NCBI GenBank assembly: GCA_034661055.1 | Contig: JAYEKO010000015.1 | Location: 28,194 to 92,193, forward strand | Reading direction: 5' to 3' | DNA length: 64,000 nucleotides | Origin: Campylobacterota bacterium | GTDB lineage: Bacteria > Campylobacterota > Campylobacteria > Campylobacterales > Sulfurimonadaceae | Shown: positions 57,417 to 64,000 of the stretch, one piece after another | Numbering within the stretch: position 1 is the first letter of the stretch | How the letters are laid out: each line of letters starts with the position of its first letter | Translations under genes and position numbers: made by a program | The notes under the pieces: model-generated | What the model was told of the DNA's origin: nothing | Database searches by the model: none | Seen by the model: the letters and a program-made list of their open reading frames with translations, nothing else

Positions 57417-57459
57417 GTAAACATCATGCCATTGTTTGGCGTGGTGGCATGATGTTTAC
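57417..57459. terminator. Strong hairpin (15-bp perfect stem, 13-nt loop) between fldA and the next gene
   Basis: GTAAACATCATGCCA (57417-57431) pairs with TGGCATGATGTTTAC (57445-57459). A smaller hairpin AATCCGAG/CTCGGATT lies at 57383-57404. Confidence 0.4.
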
Positions 57460-57489
57460 TGTGTTTACATTTTACATTAAGGATACACA

Positions 57490-57993
57490 ATGCAAGATCA
57501 ATGCTTGTTTTACGGCAGTTCCGTTAGGAATAGTAAAGATATTAGCAAGAAGATATTTAAAATTACTTCTAATGCACCACTGTCTATTAAAAATATGAGA
57601 CGCTGCAAGGCAGAAGATTATAGAGAATTTAATCATATGCTTATGGGCATTTATGTCAAAGACAATAGGGGAGACTATCTTGTTTTTGCACAATTTAAAC
57701 TTGCTGAGCCCTATAGTAAGTCAAAAATATCTTTTCTAGGCATCAATAACAGTGAAGTTCACAGTATTGAGTTTTTAAATGCTGTAGCTCTTCTTTACGA
57801 CTATTTGGTAAATCAAAATATTCTTGCCATAGGACCATGGCCTGCTAACGAATATGATGACCTCTCTGCATCACTGAAGAGATATGAGTTTTTTGGTATT
57901 GCTAGCAAGCAGTGGCCTAATGCTCTACATATTAACAATTGGAAAGAGAAAATCGCTGCCACTATATCTTTAAAAACTGAAGAGGCGGCCTAG
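57490..57993 (+). CDS. Highly divergent flavodoxin-like protein
   Basis: CLFYGSSVRNSKDISKKI, MLMGIYVKDNRGD and ISFLGINNSE align by eye with the flavodoxin loops LFYASSTGNTENVA, ILGVSTWGEGD and IALFGLGDQE, but the FMN-binding residues are not conserved. Confidence 0.35.
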   Translation: MQDQCLFYGSSVRNSKDISKKIFKITSNAPLSIKNMRRCKAEDYREFNHMLMGIYVKDNRGDYLVFAQFKLAEPYSKSKISFLGINNSEVHSIEFLNAVALLYDYLVNQNILAIGPWPANEYDDLSASLKRYEFFGIASKQWPNALHINNWKEKIAATISLKTEEAA

Positions 57994-57996
57994 CTT

Positions 57997-58224
57997 ATGC
58001 CAACATATTTTGTAATAGATGAACTTAAAGATGGTTATAGCTGGTATGACTTCGAAGTGGCTGATCTTGGTTTTGATTATGCAATTGATGCCTTGGACAT
58101 TCCTGAAGAGTATATTGAGACTGTTGAGTTGCTCTCTAAAGAAAAAATTGAAATTACACTAATTGACAACCAGAGTTTTACGCAAGAAGATTGGTACTAC
58201 GTTTTATTACCTTATGCGGCATAG
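57997..58224 (+). CDS. Hypothetical small acidic protein
   Basis: 75 aa, rich in D/E/Y/W. Starts 3 nt after the previous stop. Confidence 0.4.
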   Translation: MPTYFVIDELKDGYSWYDFEVADLGFDYAIDALDIPEEYIETVELLSKEKIEITLIDNQSFTQEDWYYVLLPYAA

Positions 58225-58260
58225 GTAGTAGAGCATAAATACTTACTTAGGAGTAACAAA

Positions 58261-58452
58261 GTGAAATCACTTAATCAAAACCAAATATTTACATTTTATA
58301 GTGACCATTTAAACCGAATTGGTGCAGATAAACATGCAGACCCCAGAGGTCAACTCTATGAACTTATTGTACATAGTGCTGCTCGTCTTGGATATAGCAA
58401 GAATATAATCAATTTATGGATACTGGGTTGGTCTCGAACAAAACAGAAATAA
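58261..58452 (+). CDS. Hypothetical small protein (GTG start)
   Basis: TAGGAGT lies 7 nt upstream of the GTG; no motif recognised. Confidence 0.35.
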   Translation: MKSLNQNQIFTFYSDHLNRIGADKHADPRGQLYELIVHSAARLGYSKNIINLWILGWSRTKQK

Positions 58453-58503
58453 TCTTTAGGTTTTACATCATCTACTCATTGACATTTAAGATACAATAAA
58501 AAC

Positions 58504-59475
58504 ATGAAACCCTGTAAAATAAACAACTATAGTAAATATATTCTCTCTCTTATATTGATTTCATCTGTACTAAGTAGTGCAGAACAACTGTGCAGAACTC
58601 AGATGATAATGGGAACGTATGCATCATTGTGTGCTCCTATTAAGCAGAAGAAGGTTATTGAAGAAGGTTTTAATCGTCTTAAAAGTGTGGAGCAGTCCCT
58701 CTCAAGCTATAGTAAAAATGCATATATCTACAAACTCAATAAAAATTTACATGTAAATCTCAACATTGACACCTATGAAGCACTTTTAAAATCGTACAGA
58801 TACTATATACTAAGCGATGGATATTTTAATATTATGATAGGCTCTATTACAAAAAAAATATACCGTTTTGGTGACAATGAACATCTTGCAAAGGAGTCAG
58901 AATTAGATAGCGCCTCTGTCTTAATAGATGGCATTGATTTTAATGAAGAAGAGGCAAGATTAACATCTAATAGCAGTGTTGATTTAGGAGGTATGGGTAA
59001 AGGTTTTGGAGTAGATAAGGTACATGAGATTTATAAGCATCAAAATATTAAAGAGGGCAAGATTGCTCTAAGTGGCGATATACGCTGCGTCTCTACTTGT
59101 AAAATTTCAATTACCAATCCATTCAAGCCTCACAAAGCTATTGCTACCTTTAACACAAAACACAAAGGTATGGGTATCTCTACAAGTGGAAACTATTATC
59201 GCTATGTTCAAAACAAGAGACATAATCATCTTATTAACCCTAAAATAAAACGTTCAGCAATAATTTTTGCTTCTATTACGCTTATAGGCAATATTTCTAG
59301 TAGTGATTTAGACGCATATGCAACAGCTGCTTCAGTAATGCCTCTGCAACAAGCTATCTCATTTCTAAATTCGCAACGTCTGGGATATATTCTTTTTACT
59401 ACTGATGCGACTAAAATAGTTAGCTCTAATATAGATCAGTTTGTAAATAATCTATGCATAGAGCCATCTTATTAG
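58504..59475 (+). CDS. apbE: FAD:protein FMN transferase (ApbE family)
   Basis: MIMGTYASL..., VDLGGMGKGFGVDK and ISTSGNY motifs; signal/lipoprotein-like N-terminus. Confidence 0.85.
   Translation: MKPCKINNYSKYILSLILISSVLSSAEQLCRTQMIMGTYASLCAPIKQKKVIEEGFNRLKSVEQSLSSYSKNAYIYKLNKNLHVNLNIDTYEALLKSYRYYILSDGYFNIMIGSITKKIYRFGDNEHLAKESELDSASVLIDGIDFNEEEARLTSNSSVDLGGMGKGFGVDKVHEIYKHQNIKEGKIALSGDIRCVSTCKISITNPFKPHKAIATFNTKHKGMGISTSGNYYRYVQNKRHNHLINPKIKRSAIIFASITLIGNISSSDLDAYATAASVMPLQQAISFLNSQRLGYILFTTDATKIVSSNIDQFVNNLCIEPSY
58745..58758. repeat. ATTTACATGTAAAT, a 14-bp perfect motif copy
   Basis: Read directly; inside apbE, where it encodes NLHVNL. Confidence 0.9.
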
Positions 59476-59486
59476 CACTTATAAAG

Positions 59487-59981
59487 CTACTGGTGAGCAA
59501 TAGCACCAATTTCTTTATCAATCATGTAGAGTCCACGACCTTCCATACCGATAATATCAATCTTATCTAAAATATTTTTAAATAACATCTCCTCTTCATG
59601 CTGTTCAGACACATACCACTGTAAAAAATTAAATGTTGAGAAATCTTTTTCAGTAAGAGCAATAGCTACTAAATCATTAATTGACTTTGTAATCATTTTT
59701 TCATGATTCAGTGTAATCTCAAATATCTCTCTTATAGATTCAAATTCATCATCAGGCTTATCAATAGTTCCTATTATGGCCATTGCTCCTGTCTCATTGA
59801 CATAAGAGAATAGTTTTCGCATATGATCGAGCTCCTCTTTAGCATGTGCATAAAGAAAAGATGCAGCTCCATTTAGACCTTTAGATTCGCACCATGAACC
59901 CATCTGTAAATAGATATTTGAAGAATACATCTCCAATGTAATCTGTGTATTCAACTTCTCTACCATTGTACTGCTTAACAT
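59487..59981 (-). CDS. ftn: Non-haem ferritin
   Basis: LNTQITLEMYSSNIYLQMGSWC...AKEELDHMRKL...EQHEEE ferroxidase-centre pattern. Confidence 0.9.
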   Translation of the reverse strand: MLSSTMVEKLNTQITLEMYSSNIYLQMGSWCESKGLNGAASFLYAHAKEELDHMRKLFSYVNETGAMAIIGTIDKPDDEFESIREIFEITLNHEKMITKSINDLVAIALTEKDFSTFNFLQWYVSEQHEEEMLFKNILDKIDIIGMEGRGLYMIDKEIGAIAHQ

Positions 59982-60039
59982 TATAACTCCTCTAATAATT
60001 TGATAATAAAACTATACAAGAAATATCTCTTTTTTATAT

Positions 60040-60058
60040 GATAATGATTATTAATTTA
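60040..60058. promoter_or_regulatory. Fur-box-like site between ferritin and the small divergent gene
   Basis: GATAATGATTATTAATTTA compared with GATAATGATAATCATTATC: first hexamer 6/6, second 5/6, third weak. Confidence 0.45.
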
Positions 60059-60087
60059 ATAAAGTATAAAGTTTTCTATCTGTATAA

Positions 60088-60112
60088 TTTGATATCAATT
60101 ATCAATAAAGGA
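60088..60112 (+). promoter_or_regulatory. Operator-like element TTTGATATCAATTATCAATAAAGGA (TTGATA-N5-TATCAA), shared with 55568-55591
   Basis: Lies immediately downstream of TATAAT (60083-60088) and abuts the RBS of the 60116 gene. Confidence 0.4.
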
Positions 60113-60115
60113 GAT

Positions 60116-60292
60116 ATGATGTCAGTAAGCCAAATTAGAAGAGAGGTGGACAGCCTCATTTTAAACTCAGGGATGAAGCCAGATATTCGAATGCACTGCT
60201 CAATTTTAAGAGCTCTTAAACTTCGTCACCGAAATATTGACTCTCATGTTACTCATGACATTATTATGCATGCAATTAAGAAGTTAGTTTAA
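60116..60292 (+). CDS. Hypothetical 58-aa basic protein
   Basis: MMSVSQIRREVDSLILNSG...HAIKKLV. AAGGAG RBS. The track ORF started further upstream at 60038 inside the promoter region. Confidence 0.4.
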   Translation: MMSVSQIRREVDSLILNSGMKPDIRMHCSILRALKLRHRNIDSHVTHDIIMHAIKKLV

Positions 60293-60300
60293 AATAAGTT

Positions 60301-60993
60301 TTGATAAACGACACAATAGTCAGCATCATTGCTAACCAAACAATATCTACAGAATATCAACCTATAATATCTATTGATAATCGTACTATTTATGCCTATG
60401 AAGCATTAGCTAGATTTCAAGTAGATGGTGTAAATATTGCCCCAAATGAGGTATTTTCTCTCTGTCATGAAGATCCTGATGTACTTTTTCTATTAGAAAG
60501 CATGGTTAAACAAAAACAGCTCCTTAATCGACCTAAAGATGCAAAACTATTTATTAATCTTGACCCAGACAGCTTTACAAAAAGTCACTATAAAACATTT
60601 TGGGTTGAACTTCTTCAAGAACAATCAGATATAGTAGTTGAGATTATTGAGAACTCTGAAGAGGAAAACATAGTAGAAATTAGTAATTTCATAGACTTCT
60701 TAGATCAAGAAAGCATCATTTACGCCATGGATGACTTTGCTCAAGATGGTTCAATTTACTCTTCTGACTTTTTACTTCGTGCTCCTATAATAAAGCTCGA
60801 TATGGGTTTCTTAGAAAATGTAAAGAAATTTCCTCCTTATGCTGAAGTTCTTAGAGGTTTTACTAATTTTATAAAGCGTACAAACAAGTTAGGTATTCTT
60901 GAAGGAGTAGAGACTGAGGATGACTTTAAAATTGCAAAAGAGTTGGGTGTTGAATATGTCCAAGGATATCTTTTTAAAGAACACTTTCTTTAA
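60301..60993 (+). CDS. Stand-alone EAL domain protein (c-di-GMP phosphodiesterase)
   Basis: YEALARF, FINLD, VEIIEN, MDDFAQDG, IKLD, LEGVET and VQGYLF motifs. TTG start. Confidence 0.8.
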   Translation: MINDTIVSIIANQTISTEYQPIISIDNRTIYAYEALARFQVDGVNIAPNEVFSLCHEDPDVLFLLESMVKQKQLLNRPKDAKLFINLDPDSFTKSHYKTFWVELLQEQSDIVVEIIENSEEENIVEISNFIDFLDQESIIYAMDDFAQDGSIYSSDFLLRAPIIKLDMGFLENVKKFPPYAEVLRGFTNFIKRTNKLGILEGVETEDDFKIAKELGVEYVQGYLFKEHFL

Positions 60994-60998
60994 AAAGA
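60969..60998. terminator. AT-rich 13-bp-stem hairpin across the overlapping 3' ends of convergent genes
   Basis: TCTTTTTAAAGAA (60969-60981), loop CACT, TTCTTTAAAAAGA (60986-60998). Confidence 0.4.
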
Positions 60999-61390
60999 CG
61001 CAGAGAAAATCCTACTCCTAGCATCACTAATATTACTACACTTAAAAGTTTAATCCATGTAAAAAAAGCACTCTTAAACACAACAATAAACAGTGGTGCC
61101 ATTAGACTAGAGAGCGCCGCTACAAACATAGTTATAAACCACCATCTTGCTTTATATCTTAGTGATGTAAATAGAAAAAAATGCCCTAGCACCATAATGA
61201 ATATTCCCATACCACCTAAATGAGGATATGAAAGTTCCAATAACCCGTCATAGCTTTTAACACGGTAATACTCTAGTGTTCCCTCAAGACTAACACCTGT
61301 TTTAAGGTAAAACATGACCAAGCCTGTCATAAGCAACAGTACTGAAAAAAGTGCAAAATAGCTAATTCCTACTTTATATAATCTATACAT
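60974..61390 (-). CDS. 4-TM membrane protein, unknown family
   Basis: 138 aa. Its topology and loop pattern are similar to the upstream 156-aa protein. Confidence 0.5.
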   Translation of the reverse strand: MYRLYKVGISYFALFSVLLLMTGLVMFYLKTGVSLEGTLEYYRVKSYDGLLELSYPHLGGMGIFIMVLGHFFLFTSLRYKARWWFITMFVAALSSLMAPLFIVVFKSAFFTWIKLLSVVILVMLGVGFSLRLFKESVL

Positions 61391-61860
61391 TACCTAAAGA
61401 GCCTATAGAGTGATTCCAAACTCATCATAAGTGCTAAAACATGCCAGAAGCATACTGCCAGCAACCAAAAAGGAGTTATAATAGCACTACTTTTAAATGC
61501 AATCAGCAGTAATACAACAGAAGCAAAAGCAGAGATATTAACACTATGTATAATCCAGTATGTTTTTTTTGATTTAGATGCCAATCTCCCATAGATGGCA
61601 CAAAGAACAAGCAGTGTCATCATCATAAAAAAGATATCTGCGTGAATAATCTCTAAAAGTGCTTCTAGTGAAATGGGGTCTAAAAACTCCTCTTCATTAC
61701 CATAAAGTGTGGTATTAACACTATTTACATGTAAACCTATCTGGGACTCTTTTTGAAAAAGATCGCTTACTAAAAACAGCAGTAAAAAAAAGATAACACC
61801 CGTAAGCAGTGGACGCATTAGAGTATCTTTAGCGAGATCTTTTACTAAGGTGAATTTCAC
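61390..61860 (-). CDS. 4-TM membrane protein, unknown family
   Basis: 156 aa. Start and stop are coupled to neighbouring genes (4-nt overlap upstream, 1-nt overlap downstream). Confidence 0.5.
   Translation of the reverse strand: MKFTLVKDLAKDTLMRPLLTGVIFFLLLFLVSDLFQKESQIGLHVNSVNTTLYGNEEEFLDPISLEALLEIIHADIFFMMMTLLVLCAIYGRLASKSKKTYWIIHSVNISAFASVVLLLIAFKSSAIITPFWLLAVCFWHVLALMMSLESLYRLFR
61724..61735. repeat. TTTACATGTAAA motif copy (12 bp)
   Basis: Read directly; inside the membrane-protein CDS, where it encodes GLHVNS. Confidence 0.9.
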
Positions 61861-62384
61861 TTTTTAATCACCTCATTGAAAATGGCTAATGCTAATCTTG
61901 CCCCTTCACTAATAGTACGTGCACTCATTGTAGCGCCACTAATAGCAGTAACACCATCACCTAGACGAAGTGTTGCGGTATCATTAATATCACTAAACTG
62001 TTTCATCCAATCATCTGTTGGTAGATACTCCATTGGCTCTTTAAAAGAGACCATTTCAGCAGCTTTTAACACTCCATTGGGGGTGACAATATAGAGGACA
62101 ACCGCCTTTTTGGTACGTACGGTTTTATTCAGTAAAATACCGACTCCTTTTACGCCATCTTTTTTTGCTGTGTACACCCGTACAATTTTACTATCAAGCT
62201 TTACTTTAGCTATATTCTCTACAATTTTAGCTTCAGATGATTTAAGTAATATACTTTTTTTACTCACTTGTACTTCACTGCCTAGAACCTCTTTTAGCGC
62301 ATCTTGTGGTGTAATCAATACAGATGCAAAAAGTGGCAGACTAAAGAGGATCGTAATCATCCATCTCATAGATATTCTCCTCAT
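61857..62384 (-). CDS. Periplasmic FMN-binding domain protein
   Basis: Signal peptide and AISGATMSARTISEG (FMN_bind SGAT.S motif, the flavinylation site type used by ApbE). The start may be an internal ATG (62369 or 62360). Confidence 0.6.
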   Translation of the reverse strand: MRRISMRWMITILFSLPLFASVLITPQDALKEVLGSEVQVSKKSILLKSSEAKIVENIAKVKLDSKIVRVYTAKKDGVKGVGILLNKTVRTKKAVVLYIVTPNGVLKAAEMVSFKEPMEYLPTDDWMKQFSDINDTATLRLGDGVTAISGATMSARTISEGARLALAIFNEVIKK

Positions 62385-62688
62385 AATTTGGTGGTACTTT
62401 TACAAGGATGTACTCCTTGTGACTCTTGTTGGCAACTTGAAGCCAACCCATCTCTCTAAAAAAGTTTACATGTCGTGCTACCGTGGGATAACTTGCCGAT
62501 TTTCGGTACTCACTACTTAATATTAGCACGAGTTTGTCAATGGTCGTGGGACAACTCTGTTTGTAGAGTATCTTGAGCACCTGTTCACGCTGATCTGAAT
62601 AGCGCAAATCATGCTCTTTTAAATGTTTATAAAGCGATTCTCTAAAAACAGAGAGGCTTTTTCGTTGTTTTGGACTGATATATATCAT
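62341..62688 (-). CDS. Fur-family-like winged-helix regulator lacking the metal-binding/dimerisation domain
   Basis: LKEHDLRYSDQREQVLKILYKQ...SYPTVARHVNFFREMGWL parallels the Fur N-domain (LK..GL+.T.QR..IL..L ... TVYR.L..F...G). Only 115 aa, with no HHxH/CxxC motifs. Confidence 0.5.
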   Translation of the reverse strand: MIYISPKQRKSLSVFRESLYKHLKEHDLRYSDQREQVLKILYKQSCPTTIDKLVLILSSEYRKSASYPTVARHVNFFREMGWLQVANKSHKEYILVKVPPNYEENIYEMDDYDPL

Positions 62689-62689
62689 T

Positions 62690-63889
62690 TTACTCTTCTA
62701 TAAGATACTCATAGCGTTTATCTGTCAACATATTTAAAAAGGATTCAAGTCCAGCAATCTTTGAATCAGAGAGTGCTTTTGTTGCCTCTAAATCTTTATG
62801 ATTAATAGTTGCACTGTTGTCATTTTCTCCCCAAGCTTCGCCAGTTTCAGGATTAATTGCATGATTTCCTTGTCCTGCCATGTGATCATAAAACTCTAAG
62901 ACAGTTGTTAAATCTTTAAAGACTCCATTATTCATATACGGACCTGTCACTGCAATATTTCGAAGCGTCGGTACTTTAGTTTTTCCAAGATGTGCTCTCC
63001 AGTTTTCATCGCTCTCTTTAACCGTGCCGCCAAGTCCTGCAAAAGTTGCATTAGCATCTTGAAGACCAAGTGTAGCTCTGGCATTCATAGCTTCAATATT
63101 TCTTGGTGTTCCAATATTTTCATATTCATAATTTGTAAAGAGCTCATTTGGGCTCTCTGATTTAGAGTTAAGGGTATGACATGTGGCACAGTTTGTATTT
63201 GCCTGAGAAAAGAAGAGTGAATACCCTAAATCTTCTTTAGCCGTCATCGTGTACTCACCTCGTTTAAAGCGGTCATATTTACTATCAAATGGTGCAAACT
63301 CTTCTGTCTTTTCAAACTTGGCAATCGAATCTGCCATAGCATCATACGAAGCATCAATATCATCAAAAATACCATCACCGTAAAGTGTCTTAAAATCCTC
63401 AACATATTGAGGATTCTCTTTAAGGCGTTCCACTACACTATATTTCTCTGGCATCATCATCTCAGCACCATCAAGTGGCGGTCCCATAGCTTGGATTTTT
63501 AGCGTTGCTGCACGTCCATCATGGAACTGCCCACCACTATAGTTGCCATCTGACATCTGATTAAACTCAGGACTAAACTGTGCATAAGCTGCTGTTGGAG
63601 CATTGCGCCCACCCAATGAGAGATCATCATCGCCAACCGAAAAAGCACCATGAACAAAGACATTCTGATTGACCCCTTCTTCGCTAAATCTAACATCTAC
63701 AAAACCATGCTCTGGATTATGACAGGTTGAACATGATGTTTTTCTATCTAATGATATGCTAGTATCAAAGAAGAGTTTTTCCCCCAATTTCTGCTTTGTT
63801 ATTGGCTCCAAAGGAGCAACTACATCACTACTGCCACAGCCAGTGAGTAGCACGATGGTCAATATACTTAATGTTGTTACTTTTTTCAT
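62690..63889 (-). CDS. ccp: Di-haem cytochrome c peroxidase (CCP/MauG family), lipoprotein
   Basis: Lipobox LLTGCGS; CSTCHNPEHGF and CATCH haem motifs; PTLRNIAVTGPYMNNG. Confidence 0.9.
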   Translation of the reverse strand: MKKVTTLSILTIVLLTGCGSSDVVAPLEPITKQKLGEKLFFDTSISLDRKTSCSTCHNPEHGFVDVRFSEEGVNQNVFVHGAFSVGDDDLSLGGRNAPTAAYAQFSPEFNQMSDGNYSGGQFHDGRAATLKIQAMGPPLDGAEMMMPEKYSVVERLKENPQYVEDFKTLYGDGIFDDIDASYDAMADSIAKFEKTEEFAPFDSKYDRFKRGEYTMTAKEDLGYSLFFSQANTNCATCHTLNSKSESPNELFTNYEYENIGTPRNIEAMNARATLGLQDANATFAGLGGTVKESDENWRAHLGKTKVPTLRNIAVTGPYMNNGVFKDLTTVLEFYDHMAGQGNHAINPETGEAWGENDNSATINHKDLEATKALSDSKIAGLESFLNMLTDKRYEYLIEE

Positions 63890-63913
63890 CTTTTCCTCTT
63901 AAAAATATTTAAA

Positions 63914-64000
63914 TTAAAAAATAAAACCGGCTTGAACGGTAAAGCAGTTTTCATCTGCTAGGTTGGCACCACTCGCATAATCTTTTGTTGAATAGTCTGC
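63914..64000 (-). CDS. 3' end of an outer-membrane-protein-like gene (partial)
   Basis: Own translation of the last 28 codons: ...ADYSTKDYASGANLADENCFTVQAGFIF stop. A C-terminal aromatic is typical of beta-barrel OMPs. Confidence 0.3.
   Translation of the reverse strand, partial: ADYSTKDYASGANLADENCFTVQAGFIF

Noticed and set aside
1420-62473. TTTACATGTAAA as an ordinary transcription-factor operator or a restriction site
   Set aside because: About three quarters of copies are deep inside CDSs, which is not where operators sit. Palindromic restriction targets are usually avoided rather than enriched. It is kept as a finding under the uptake-sequence / iterated-palindrome interpretation instead.
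1-64000. rRNA, tRNA, IS elements, integrases, phage or defence islands
   Set aside because: No intergenic gap is long or GC-rich enough for a structured RNA gene that I could recognise. No ORF shows transposase, integrase, restriction or toxin motifs. The only defence-related trace is the Cas9 remnant.

Overview
This is an AT-rich chromosomal segment. Its gene content and order fit a free-living Campylobacterota (epsilonproteobacterium, Sulfurimonas-like); that placement is inference from protein families, not a search. I support about 75 protein-coding genes. I saw no rRNA, tRNA, CRISPR array, transposase, integrase or prophage genes.

Gene blocks, left to right:
- 1-8.5 kb: M15 peptidase (edge), Cys-less IscU-like protein, an orphan Cas9 N-terminal remnant, AEC transporter, thioredoxin, a di-iron/MBL-domain sensor kinase with its response regulator, and class III RNR nrdD/nrdG.
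- 8.5-15.6 kb: YqaA, 2-hydroxyacid dehydrogenase, purT, polysaccharide export protein, ugd-pgi-galU, rpsU.
- 15.6-28 kb: dnaG, PP-loop ATPase, SPOR protein, rlmN, hisF, IscU-like plus ferritin-like pair, rsmA, RNase J, REC-GGDEF(degenerate), thyX.
- 28-31 kb: rplT-rpmI-infC-thrS.
- 31-47 kb: OMPs, a two-component system with an RND efflux cluster and cytochrome c, a GGDEF-EAL protein, a porin, DUF2461.
- 46.9-55.4 kb: a Vibrio TonB2-type operon (DUF3450/TtpC/ExbB/ExbD/TonB/TPR) coupled to a giant TonB-dependent receptor and a DUF1566 protein.
- 55.6-64 kb: an iron/redox neighbourhood with DUF2325-hypothetical-fldA, a divergent flavodoxin-like gene, apbE, ferritin, an EAL protein, an FMN-binding protein, a truncated Fur-like regulator and cytochrome c peroxidase.

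Main hunt results:
1. The palindromic word TTTACATGTAAA is strongly over-represented. It lies mostly inside unrelated CDSs, always in stop-free frames, and it forms inverted-pair hairpins between genes. This pattern resembles a DNA uptake sequence or a highly iterated palindrome.
2. The glycyl-radical peptide of nrdD is encoded by a separate overlapping 53-codon ORF.
3. A flavodiiron-like sensor kinase module sits directly upstream of the O2-sensitive RNR, with repeated boxes in the intergenic region between them.
4. A Cas9 RuvC-I/bridge-helix remnant has no CRISPR locus.
5. A near-identical operator-like element and Fur-box-like sites lie in front of two iron-neighbourhood genes.

All functional calls come from motif recognition by eye. 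No database search was run.
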